64,000 nucleotides of DNA from an uncultured Thermoleophilia bacterium (GCA_963775255.1 CAVZIA010000012.1:15919-79918), one strand, 5' to 3'; shown: positions 50,148 to 58,812, numbered from the stretch's first letter. Made by a program: numbers and translations. Notes: generated from the sequence alone by a model not told the origin.

Positions 50148-51857
50148 ATGAAGATGCGAGCCAAGTACTTGTTCCTCGCGATCGCGCTGCTCTGTCTCCT
50201 GGCCTTGCCAACTACGGCACTGGCCAAGGACCACGGCGACAGCGCCAAGATCGACGACAGCGTGGCGACAGTGCTTGACGCCACCGGCGACGACCAGGCG
50301 ATCCCGGTCATCGTCTACACCGCACCGGGGGACGGGGGCGTCGTCGACAAAGCCGTCCCCGCCGGCGTTGACACCACCGACCTCTCGGATTTCGACGCCG
50401 TCGCGGCGTATCTGACGTCTGACGAGATCGACGCGCTGTCCAACAGCGACTCCGTCGACCTCATCGTCGCCGACAACCCGGTCTTCGGCCTCGACTACGC
50501 AAGCTCGATGGACATCACCAACTTGTCCATCGGACTCGACAGGGTCGCCTCCCCGGCCACCGGCGGTCCGGACGGAGCCGGCGTCGGTGTCGCGGTCGTG
50601 GACAGCGGGATCGCCACGACCTCCGACCTGGGCAGCAGCCGTATCGCCGCTTGGAAGGACTTCGTCAACAATCAGCGGAGGCCGTACGACGACGCCGGAC
50701 ACGGCACGTTCGTCGCCGGGCTCATCGCCGGCGACGGCACGGCGTCTCTGCCGCTCGACGGGGGCGGCTCCGCCACCGTACAGTTCCGCGGCGTGGCTCC
50801 AGCGGCCAACATCATCGGCATCAAGGTCCTCGACAGCACAGGCACCGGACGCTCCTCCTCGGTGATGTCCGGCATCCTCTGGGCGGTCGCGCACAAGAGG
50901 CAGTACAACATCCGGGTCCTCAACCTCTCCATCGGCGGCGATCCCGTCGCGCCGACCGACTTCGACCCGATCGCGCAGGCCGTCGAGCTGGCCTGGAAGA
51001 GCGGCATCACCGTGGTGTGCGCGGCCGGCAACGAAGGCGAGACCGGCCCCGGCGGTATCCTCTCCCCCGGCGACAGCCCCTACGTGATCACCGTGGGCGC
51101 CGCCGACACGCACCAGACGGCGTCGACCGGCGACGACACGGTCACCTACTACAGCTCGGTCGGTCCGACGCTCTGGGACGAGTACGCCAAGCCTGACCTG
51201 CTCGCCCCCGGCAACCGCCTGATCTCGGTGCGGGTGCCCGGCTCTTACATCGACACGAACTTCCCGCAGAACCTGATCGCGGTCTCCTCCTACGTGCCGG
51301 GCGCGCCCGACAACGCCGACCCGAGCTACCTGATGCTCTCCGGGACCAGCACCTCCGCCCCGGTGGACGCCGGCGTCGCGGCCCTCATGATCGGTGAGAA
51401 CCAGCGCCTGACCCCGGACGACGTCAAAGTGCGCATGATGAGCACGGCCGACCCGATCGCGGGCGTGAGCCGGTTCCGGCAGGGCGCCGGCCTGCTCGAC
51501 GCCGCCGGCGCACTGGCGAGCAACCAACACTCCAGAGGGTATGCACTTTCAGAGGATGTCGGTGACGGAACGACAATCCTTACACAGGACGACTACGCCA
51601 ACTGGGACCAGACCGCCTGGAGCAAGTACGGATGGACCAAGTTCCGCTGGACCAAGTTCCGCTGGACCAAGTTCCGCTGGACCAAGTTCCGGTGGACCAA
51701 GTTCCGGTGGACGGACGTGGCCTCGACCAAGTTCCGGTGGACGGACGTGGCGTGGACCAAGTTCCGGTGGACGGATTACCAGTCGACGAAGTTCCGGTGG
51801 ACCGCGGACTACGACTGGACGAAGTTCCGGTGGACGATCCTGATCGAAGGACAGTGA
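50148..51857 (+). CDS. Secreted S8 (subtilisin-like) serine peptidase with a C-terminal Trp-pentapeptide repeat tail
   Basis: Signal peptide ending ALA; catalytic triad VAVVDSG / GHGTFVAG / SGTSTSAP; oxyanion AAGN; start at ATG 50148 or 50154. Confidence 0.93.
   Translation: MKMRAKYLFLAIALLCLLALPTTALAKDHGDSAKIDDSVATVLDATGDDQAIPVIVYTAPGDGGVVDKAVPAGVDTTDLSDFDAVAAYLTSDEIDALSNSDSVDLIVADNPVFGLDYASSMDITNLSIGLDRVASPATGGPDGAGVGVAVVDSGIATTSDLGSSRIAAWKDFVNNQRRPYDDAGHGTFVAGLIAGDGTASLPLDGGGSATVQFRGVAPAANIIGIKVLDSTGTGRSSSVMSGILWAVAHKRQYNIRVLNLSIGGDPVAPTDFDPIAQAVELAWKSGITVVCAAGNEGETGPGGILSPGDSPYVITVGAADTHQTASTGDDTVTYYSSVGPTLWDEYAKPDLLAPGNRLISVRVPGSYIDTNFPQNLIAVSSYVPGAPDNADPSYLMLSGTSTSAPVDAGVAALMIGENQRLTPDDVKVRMMSTADPIAGVSRFRQGAGLLDAAGALASNQHSRGYALSEDVGDGTTILTQDDYANWDQTAWSKYGWTKFRWTKFRWTKFRWTKFRWTKFRWTDVASTKFRWTDVAWTKFRWTDYQSTKFRWTADYDWTKFRWTILIEGQ
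51603..51836 (+). repeat. Coding 15-bp tandem repeat (TGGACCAAGTTCCGC/G = WTKFR)
   Basis: WDQTA WSKYG (WTKFR)x5 WTDVA STKFR WTDVA WTKFR WTDYQ STKFR WTADYD WTKFR WT. Confidence 0.95.
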
Positions 51858-53395
51858 GCGCAGCAGAAGCGCAGCAGATACTGACGACTGAAGACGAGAC
51901 GGCCGTGCGGAAACGCACGGCCGTCTCCGTCTATGTGGGGCTCGTCTGCCTGGGCGCGGCCTCTGCCTCTGTCGCCGCCGCCCTCCACGAGCCGGCTTCC
52001 TTCACTCTCAGTCTCGTCGCCTTCATGATCCTCGCGACACTGACGGACCTCCGCGAGATCAAGCTTCCGTGGGTCGGCGACGTGACCCTATCGTTCGTCC
52101 CGGTGCTCGCCAGCCTCATCGTCCTGGGACTCTGGCCGGCCATGGCCGTCGCCGCCGTCAGCGGCATCACGGCGGCCTGGGTGACGCGCGACCCGATCAA
52201 GATCGCCTTCAACGTCGGCAATTACGTCATCTCCACGTACCTGGCCGGTCTTCTCTACCTGGCCTGGGCGCCTCTTGGCGGCGCGTTCATGACCAAGGTG
52301 CTGCCCACGTTCGGGGCGACGGTCGTCGACTTCGTCGCGCACACCGCCCTGCTCGCCGGGGTCATCGCGCTCTCCACGCAGGCAGGCGGAGCAGTGAAGG
52401 TCTGGCGGCAGAACTACCAATGGGCGCTCCCCGGCTACCTGGCGGGCTCGACGCTCGCGCTGCTGCTCGCCGCTCTCTATGTGTGGGCAGGCGTGCCCGG
52501 CATGCTGCTCGGCATCCCGCCGCTCTACCTCATCTACTACTCCTACGACATCTACGTGAAGCGTGCGAAGGAGAAGGTCACGTTCGACGCCGAGCGCGAC
52601 AGCTTCCACAAGGAGCTTGCCGACTCCACGGCCCTCCACGACGAGCTCCGCGCCGCCCAACTCAAGGTGGCGGCCGAGATCGAGCGCGCCCGGCGCATCC
52701 AGACTGACCTCCTCCCCACCTCGGTGCCGAAGGTCCAAGGTCTCGCACTGGACCAGCGGATCGAGTTCCTCGGCGAGATGGGCGGCGACTACTACGACTA
52801 CATCCCGTTCGGCGACGGGCGGCTGGGCATCGTCTGCGGCGACGTCATGGGCAAGGGGCTCGCCGCGGCGCTCATCATGGCCATGGCGCGGTCGCTGCTG
52901 CACGACGCCATCGCCCCCGGCAAGCAGGCCTCCGAGGTCATGGCCGAGGTCAACGACGGCTTGACGCGCGACCTCGAGGGCCAGCGCCTGCCGTACTTCC
53001 TCACGCTGGCCCTCGCGGTGTACGACCCCGGGACGCGCAAACTCGTCATCGCCGGCGGCGGCCACAACCCGGTGCTCATCGCCGACGGCGAGACGGTGAC
53101 GCAGGTACCGTCCCGCGGCGCCGCCCTCGGCGTGCGCACGGGGCTCCAGTTCCCGGAGGACGAGCTCACGCTGACCCCCGGCACCACCGTCGCGCTCTAC
53201 ACCGACGGCCTCACGGAGGCCCGCGACCCGGCCGGCACGCTGTTCGGCCTCGAGAGGCTGGAGAGCTCGCTGGAACGGTGTCAGACAGGCGGCATCCGTG
53301 ACACACTTGAAGGGGTCTGGGACGACATCGCCGCGTTCCGCGGCGAGAGCTCCTCGACCGACGACGCAACGCTCCTGCTGGCGCGCCTCACCTGA
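51854..53395 (+). CDS. Membrane-sensor PP2C/SpoIIE (RsbU-like) phosphatase
   Basis: GTGA overlap with the peptidase stop; multi-TM N-terminus with KIAFN (MASE9-like by eye); coiled coil; GGDYYD, GDVMGKG, YTDGLTEA, DDATL. Confidence 0.9.
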   Translation: MSAAEAQQILTTEDETAVRKRTAVSVYVGLVCLGAASASVAAALHEPASFTLSLVAFMILATLTDLREIKLPWVGDVTLSFVPVLASLIVLGLWPAMAVAAVSGITAAWVTRDPIKIAFNVGNYVISTYLAGLLYLAWAPLGGAFMTKVLPTFGATVVDFVAHTALLAGVIALSTQAGGAVKVWRQNYQWALPGYLAGSTLALLLAALYVWAGVPGMLLGIPPLYLIYYSYDIYVKRAKEKVTFDAERDSFHKELADSTALHDELRAAQLKVAAEIERARRIQTDLLPTSVPKVQGLALDQRIEFLGEMGGDYYDYIPFGDGRLGIVCGDVMGKGLAAALIMAMARSLLHDAIAPGKQASEVMAEVNDGLTRDLEGQRLPYFLTLALAVYDPGTRKLVIAGGGHNPVLIADGETVTQVPSRGAALGVRTGLQFPEDELTLTPGTTVALYTDGLTEARDPAGTLFGLERLESSLERCQTGGIRDTLEGVWDDIAAFRGESSSTDDATLLLARLT

Positions 53396-53437
53396 GGCGA
53401 GCGGAGCGCCAACGACGACCACGGGGCTGAGGGAGAG

Positions 53438-54214
53438 ATGGGCGATCAGACGAGCGCGTTGCCGGCTTCGCTGCAGGTGTATCGCTACCGGGCCGGCGCC
53501 GAGCGCGTCGAGGCCGTCATCGGCGAGCTGGAGCCGGGGCTGCCGCAGGAGGACCTCGTCGCGCACGCGAGCGAGGCGCTCCGACGCGAGACCTTCATGT
53601 GCTACGCGGTGTCGCAGCCGGACGACTTCGTGGCCGACGAGCTCTGCTTCGTGCCCCAGGGCGACCGCTGCGACATACTCAGCATCCGCACCAACGGCTG
53701 GGAGCGCCATCACGGCGACCACCGCCGCAGCCTGGTGGAGATCCTGAACAACCTGGCGGCGGCCGTCGCCTGCGGCAAGCTGCGCATCCTCGACCCCGGC
53801 GAGCTTGCGGTCGGACGGGAGGAGGGGCACGCCGTCCGCGAGTTCACGATCCGCGACACGACCGAGCTCCAGCGTGCGCGGGAGTCGGTCGACGAGGTGC
53901 TCCAGCAGGCGGGAGTGAACGACATCAACCGCCAGCGCACCATCCTGTGCATCTCCGAGGCCGTCACCAACATGCTCCTGCACGGCGGCGGGCACGGGGA
54001 CATGGTGGTCCGCCGCCTCCCCGACCGTCTACGGTTCATCGTCGCCGACGAGGGTCCCGGGCTGAGCTTCCTCAACTGGATCGAGCCGCCCTCCAAGGGC
54101 GGTCAGGCGTCCATGGGCTACGGCTACAAGATCATCCTCGACTACCTCGACGCCGTCGCCCTGCATACCGGAACCGGCGGTACTACGTTACTATTGGACC
54201 GCACGACCAACTGA
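53438..54214 (+). CDS. RsbW/SpoIIAB-like anti-sigma kinase with an N-terminal extension
   Basis: GAGGGAG RBS; ISEAVTN..LHG, DEGPG, MGYG; GHKL motifs confined to the C-terminal half. Confidence 0.82.
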   Translation: MGDQTSALPASLQVYRYRAGAERVEAVIGELEPGLPQEDLVAHASEALRRETFMCYAVSQPDDFVADELCFVPQGDRCDILSIRTNGWERHHGDHRRSLVEILNNLAAAVACGKLRILDPGELAVGREEGHAVREFTIRDTTELQRARESVDEVLQQAGVNDINRQRTILCISEAVTNMLLHGGGHGDMVVRRLPDRLRFIVADEGPGLSFLNWIEPPSKGGQASMGYGYKIILDYLDAVALHTGTGGTTLLLDRTTN

Positions 54215-54227
54215 GGCAGGAGACTCA

Positions 54228-54539
54228 ATGCTGCGCACTTCGATCGCTCAGGGCCCGGCGCCCACCGTCTACCTCGCCGGCGAGATGGACCTCGACTGCG
54301 CCGACACCTTGCGCGAAGCCGTCACCGAGGCCGCCCGGGGCGCACAGATGGTCGCGCTGGACTTCGCCAACGTGGAGTTCATCGACTCGTCCGGCACCGG
54401 GATCTTCGTGCGCCTGGCGCTCGACCTGAAGAGCCAGGGCACACCGCTGGTGGCCCGCAACCTCTCCCCCGCCGTGCGCGGCGTGTTCGACATGCTGCGC
54501 GTACGCGAGCTGGTCGGCGACGAGGTCTTCCCGGACTAA
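54228..54539 (+). CDS. STAS-domain anti-anti-sigma factor (RsbV/SpoIIAA-like)
   Basis: LAGEMD, LDFANVEFIDSSG (phosphoacceptor Ser); AGGAG RBS. Confidence 0.9.
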   Translation: MLRTSIAQGPAPTVYLAGEMDLDCADTLREAVTEAARGAQMVALDFANVEFIDSSGTGIFVRLALDLKSQGTPLVARNLSPAVRGVFDMLRVRELVGDEVFPD

Positions 54540-54835
54540 CTGCGCCTGAGCGGGCCCGTCCCCGCCAGCACGACGATCGTGGCCGCGTCAACGCAGTCGC
54601 TGATGCTCGAGACGTAGGCCTCCCCGGCCAACTGCGACCCCTCCCTCGTGACCATGTTCAGGGCCATGCACGACCCGTCACTCAGGTGCACGCGGAACTC
54701 CTCCGTGCTGGCGGGTGACTCCACGCGCAGTGACCAGTAGGGCTCCCGCCCCATCTCCTCTTCGCTGACAGAGGCGCTGAGGAACCCCACGTCGACGCGG
54801 TCGTGCTTGAGTCTGAGTAACCTCTTGGACTGCAT
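54536..54835 (-). CDS. Hypothetical protein (99 aa)
   Basis: AGAGG RBS; convergent with and overlapping the STAS stop; own sigma28-like promoter. Confidence 0.55.
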   Translation of the reverse strand: MQSKRLLRLKHDRVDVGFLSASVSEEEMGREPYWSLRVESPASTEEFRVHLSDGSCMALNMVTREGSQLAGEAYVSSISDCVDAATIVVLAGTGPLRRS

Positions 54836-54868
54836 GCCTCTGCGCGTCTCCTCGCCTCGCTACCTCTG

Positions 54869-54895
54869 CTATCGGCCCCAGAGGCAACGACCTGA
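54869..54895 (-). promoter_or_regulatory. Sigma28-like promoter
   Basis: Minus strand TCAG-N15-GCCGATAG. Confidence 0.45.
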
Positions 54896-55085
54896 ACGGT
54901 CTCTGTGATGATACTACGTTCTAAGCAGGAATCGCGCGGAACCCGAGACCGCGGAAGCGCCGCTGCGTTGACGTTGGGGTGTGACGTTGGGCGCTACGGG
55001 ACGAACTTGGCCTGTGTCCCAGGGACACCCGAGATCACGACCGAAGGCGGTGCCCAGGCCAGCGCGTCGGTCAGAGAGGAGAGGG

Positions 55086-55161
55086 TGGTGGCGAGGGTCA
55101 GAATTGAACTGACGACACCACGATTTTCAGTCGTGTGCTCTACCAACTGAGCTACCTCGCC
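55086..55161 (-). tRNA. tRNA-Phe (GAA)
   Basis: GGCGAGG/CCTCGCC acceptor stem, AGCTCAGTTGGTAGAGC D-arm, CTGAAAA anticodon loop, TTCAA T-loop, encoded CCA; 76 nt. Confidence 0.97.
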
Positions 55162-55289
55162 GCCGGACGAAAAAAGCGCCCGGAAAGGGCCTCGACATGC
55201 TACCTGCGAGGCTGCAGAGGGTCAACCTGCGACGGGCCCGGGCGCCGCATGGCGGCCCGGGCCCGTCGGGGTCTCATGAAGTCGCGGCG

Positions 55290-56003
55290 TCAGCCCTCCG
55301 AGGTGTCCAGCTCCGACTGCAGCAGCACGCTCTCGATGTCCTCGTCCGGCAGGAACACCTTGACGAGGTCGCGCTCCTTGCCCGGCGGCAGCAGGCAGAG
55401 CACGTAGTCGCCGGGCAGGATCTCCGTGGACCCGCGGGCGACCAGGGCGTTGCCGGCGCGCACGATGGCTGCGAGCAGCGCACCCTCCGGCAGGTCGATA
55501 TCCTGCACGTAGGTGTTGGCGAACGGTGAGTTGTCACCCACCTCGAGTTCGACCACGTCCAGGTTCTGCTTGCGCAGCGACAGCAGGTGCACGAACTTGT
55601 GCACCGGCAGCTCGTGCATGATGAGGTTGAGCAGCGCCGTGGTGGCGCAGATGGTGGCCTCCACGCCCAGCAGGTCGAACGTGGGCTGGTTGAACGGGTT
55701 GTTGACCCGGGCCACGACCTTGGGCACGCCGAACTTGAGCTTGGCGACCTGCGAGATGATGATGTTGTCCTCGTCGTCGCCGGTGACCGCCACGACCATG
55801 TCGCAGCGGCCGATGCCGGCCTTCTCGAGCACCCAGACCTCGGTGCCGTCGCCGAACACCAGAGACTCGTCGCCGAGCTCCTCGGCGATGATGGAGAACC
55901 GCGACGAGCGCTGCTCGATCAGCACGATCTCGTGGCCGAGCCGCAGGAGCTGCCGGGCGGTGTTGAGCCCGACCTTGCCGCCACCGACGATGAGCACGAA
56001 CAT
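55290..56003 (-). CDS. trkA: TrkA/KtrA family RCK protein (TrkA_N plus TrkA_C)
   Basis: IVGGGKVG, GDGT, VTGDDEDN, ARVNNP; C-terminal RCK_C. Confidence 0.88.
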   Translation of the reverse strand: MFVLIVGGGKVGLNTARQLLRLGHEIVLIEQRSSRFSIIAEELGDESLVFGDGTEVWVLEKAGIGRCDMVVAVTGDDEDNIIISQVAKLKFGVPKVVARVNNPFNQPTFDLLGVEATICATTALLNLIMHELPVHKFVHLLSLRKQNLDVVELEVGDNSPFANTYVQDIDLPEGALLAAIVRAGNALVARGSTEILPGDYVLCLLPPGKERDLVKVFLPDEDIESVLLQSELDTSEG

Positions 56004-56006
56004 GGC

Positions 56007-56429
56007 TCAGCCCTCCGCGACGGGGAGTTGACAGGAGCGGACGGCGTCGAAGAGCGCGATGCGCACGTCACGCGTGGGACACACGGTGCGGATGCCCGCC
56101 TGCGCGAAGAGCTCCGCGCGCAGCGGGTCGTAGACGCGCGCGACCACGCAGCGGATGCCGTACTTCTTCTGCGCCACCTGCGCGATGACGATGTTGGTGT
56201 TGTCGCCGTCCGTACAGGCGACGAAGGCGATGGCGTTCTCGATGCCGGCCTCGCGCAGGACGTCCCAGTCCAGGGCCCTGCCCACGACGAAGTCGCCGGG
56301 GAAGTCCTCGCCGAGCAGGTGGAAAGCGTCGGGGCTCTCGTCGATGATGGCGACGTCGAACCCCTGGGTCACCAGGTCACGGGCGAGACCGGACCCGACG
56401 CGGCCACACCCGCAGATCACGACATGCAT
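56007..56429 (-). CDS. TrkA_N-only RCK protein
   Basis: ICGCGRVG, TDGDNTN, VARVYDP. Confidence 0.85.
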   Translation of the reverse strand: MHVVICGCGRVGSGLARDLVTQGFDVAIIDESPDAFHLLGEDFPGDFVVGRALDWDVLREAGIENAIAFVACTDGDNTNIVIAQVAQKKYGIRCVVARVYDPLRAELFAQAGIRTVCPTRDVRIALFDAVRSCQLPVAEG

Positions 56430-56438
56430 GGCACTCTC

Positions 56439-58622
56439 CTAGTCTTTGGCGCTTGTGTCGGATGATCCGGCATCGCCGCTCGAGGCCGGGGCCGACGACG
56501 CCGGTTGCTGCAGGGCGTCGGCCACACTCGAACCCTCCGTAGGATAGTCCTTGGGAACGAGGTTGAGGAGGACCTCGCAGGGCGAGTGGTCCAGCACATA
56601 GTCTGTCGTCCGGCCGAAGATGAGGTTGCCGATGCGCCGCTTGCGCGTGGTGCCCAGCATGATGACCTCGCTGCGGACGCGCGCGGCCTCCTCGCAGATC
56701 GCGCGTCCCGCCTGCCTGGCGGTCACGACGTTGGGCGTGAACTTGACCTTGAACTGCGAGGCGATGGTCGCGCCCGCCTTGAGCACCTTGTCGGCCTTGG
56801 CGCGCTCGTTGACGAGACGCGCGTCGAGCGGCAGGTTGAGCGGCACCTCGATGACGTAGAGGCCGTTGATGGACGACTTCTTCTCGGTGGCGAGCTGGCA
56901 GGCGAGGACCACCATCTCGTCGCTGATGCGCGTGCCGGTGATGGGCACCAGGATCTGGTCGTAGTCGATGTCCGCCTGCATGCTCAGGGGGACGACGACC
57001 TTCTCCACCGTCTTGGTGAGCGAGTACCCCTTCGCCCTGCGGTAGACCACGTACACGACGATGCCGATGCCCATCCAGGAGAAGCCGATCAGACGCCCCT
57101 CGGCGTGCGTCGCCACGACGACGCACCACACGGCGAAGGTGCCGATGCCGCCGACCACCGACAGCAGCGGCAGCTGCTTGCCGCGGACGGTGATGCTGAG
57201 CGGCGTCCTGAACGGACGACGGAGCTCCGGCTCCTTGAAGCGCAGCACGACGACGGAGATGTGCGCCGCCGTGAACGAGATCATGGCGCCGAACGCGTAG
57301 AGGTCGGCGAGGAAGAACGTGCTGCCGGGTAAGATGATCAGGCACGCCACGACCCCGAACACGATGATCGCGACGTAGGGGGTCAGGCGCTTCGGGTGGA
57401 CGCGACCGAGGATGGGAGGCACCTGACGGTGCTGCCCCAGCGAGTACGCCAGCCGCGAGACGCCGATGAGGCCTGCGTTGGTCGCGATCACCAGGATGGT
57501 CGCGGCGAGCACGCCCACCCACACGCCGAGGATGCCGCGCAGCCAGGCGAGGCTGTCGGGGACGAAGCGCACCACCCCCTGCACCGGGTCGTCGACGAAG
57601 TTGCTGCCGAGCTGCGTGCCGTACATCCTGGTGTACTCCACACCGCCGCGCGTGTAGACGGCGCCGGTGGGCGCGGTGGTCGCGGTGGCCGGCATGAGCG
57701 TCTTCGTCCCGACGACCTCGGTGGGCAGGTAGGCGGTCACCGAGGGATCCGCGGAGAGCACGTAGGTGCCCTCGATCTTGCCCGGCTTGACCTCGACCTG
57801 CTGGACGTAGCCCGTCCGCGGGTCGACGCGGAGCTCGTTGCTGCCGACCGGCATGGCGGACAGCGCCACCAGCGACATGCCGATGTACACCACGATGACC
57901 GTGACGAGGACCATGTTGATGGCCCGCGGCACATCCCTGTCGGGGTTCGCGGCCTCTTCCGCCATGTTGGAGATGGTCTCGATGCCCGTGTACGCGATGG
58001 TACCGATGGAGATCGCGTAGATGAACTGGCGCAGCGTCGGGGCGGTCCACAGGTGGACCTGGTCGATGAGCAGGCGCGGCGCCAGTAGCAGGACCACGCC
58101 GATGACCATGATGAGGACCTGGGTGGCGAGGTCCGCGACCGCGAGGATGATGTTGAGCCGGGCGGCCTCTTTGATCCCGATCACGTTGATCGTGACGAGA
58201 AACAGGATGACGAGGACCCCCACGATGGAGTCTGTGGGGTGCGTCTTGAGGACCGGGAAGAAGACCGCGAGGTAGTGCGGCACGAAGAACGCCGAGATGG
58301 CGATGGTGACGATGTAGTCGAGCATGAGGGCCCAGCCGGCGCCGAAGCTCACGAACTCGTTGAAGGCCCGGCGCGTGAAGCTCGACGAGCCGCCGGCCTC
58401 CGGGAGCATGGCCGTCGCCTCGGCGTAGGACCAGGCGGTGGTCACGAAAAGCAGGCCCGTCAGGGTGAAGACGACCGGCGTGAGCCCCATGGCGTAAGCC
58501 GCCACCACGCCGAGGGCGTAGTAGATCGACGAGCCCACGTTGCCGTACGCGGTGCTGAACAGGGCCGGGACCCCCAGCACCTTGTGGAGGCTCTGTCCCT
58601 CGCGTGTCCTTCTGCGTGCCAC
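56439..58622 (-). CDS. APC-family permease fused to a universal stress protein domain
   Basis: YGNVGSSIYY, PEAGGS, AYTGIE; C-terminal ILVP...FGRTTDYVL..SPCEV. Confidence 0.88.
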   Translation of the reverse strand: MARRRTREGQSLHKVLGVPALFSTAYGNVGSSIYYALGVVAAYAMGLTPVVFTLTGLLFVTTAWSYAEATAMLPEAGGSSSFTRRAFNEFVSFGAGWALMLDYIVTIAISAFFVPHYLAVFFPVLKTHPTDSIVGVLVILFLVTINVIGIKEAARLNIILAVADLATQVLIMVIGVVLLLAPRLLIDQVHLWTAPTLRQFIYAISIGTIAYTGIETISNMAEEAANPDRDVPRAINMVLVTVIVVYIGMSLVALSAMPVGSNELRVDPRTGYVQQVEVKPGKIEGTYVLSADPSVTAYLPTEVVGTKTLMPATATTAPTGAVYTRGGVEYTRMYGTQLGSNFVDDPVQGVVRFVPDSLAWLRGILGVWVGVLAATILVIATNAGLIGVSRLAYSLGQHRQVPPILGRVHPKRLTPYVAIIVFGVVACLIILPGSTFFLADLYAFGAMISFTAAHISVVVLRFKEPELRRPFRTPLSITVRGKQLPLLSVVGGIGTFAVWCVVVATHAEGRLIGFSWMGIGIVVYVVYRRAKGYSLTKTVEKVVVPLSMQADIDYDQILVPITGTRISDEMVVLACQLATEKKSSINGLYVIEVPLNLPLDARLVNERAKADKVLKAGATIASQFKVKFTPNVVTARQAGRAICEEAARVRSEVIMLGTTRKRRIGNLIFGRTTDYVLDHSPCEVLLNLVPKDYPTEGSSVADALQQPASSAPASSGDAGSSDTSAKD

Positions 58623-58641
58623 GGTCCCTCGTCTCTCTCCG

Positions 58642-58812
58642 CTACCTCATCGTCCACCAGCGCAGGCCGGCGAACAGGAGCAACAGCACCCCGGCGATGA
58701 GCTGGATGGAGAGAGGCCAGACGCCACCCGAGGCCCCCCTGACGACCAGCAGGACGCCCAGGACGCCCATGACGATGACGATGATCTGTCGGGTTCTCAG
58801 CATGTCCATCAT
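58642..58812 (-). CDS. Small two-TM membrane protein
   Basis: Two hydrophobic helices; immediately upstream of the APC-USP gene. Confidence 0.55.
   Translation of the reverse strand: MMDMLRTRQIIVIVMGVLGVLLVVRGASGGVWPLSIQLIAGVLLLLFAGLRWWTMR

Noticed and set aside
51633-51836. 15-bp repeat array as a CRISPR array
   Set aside because: Units are contiguous, in frame, lack unique spacers and are too short; no cas genes are present.
51633-51836. KFRW similarity to the melanocortin HFRW core (host mimicry)
   Set aside because: Only a three-residue match, with no evidence of host association; likely coincidence.
51632-51853. DQVPL/DQVPV repeat N-terminal extension of the phosphatase ORF
   Set aside because: This is an alternate-frame reading of the peptidase tail. 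The GTG at 51854 overlapping the peptidase stop is the more plausible start.
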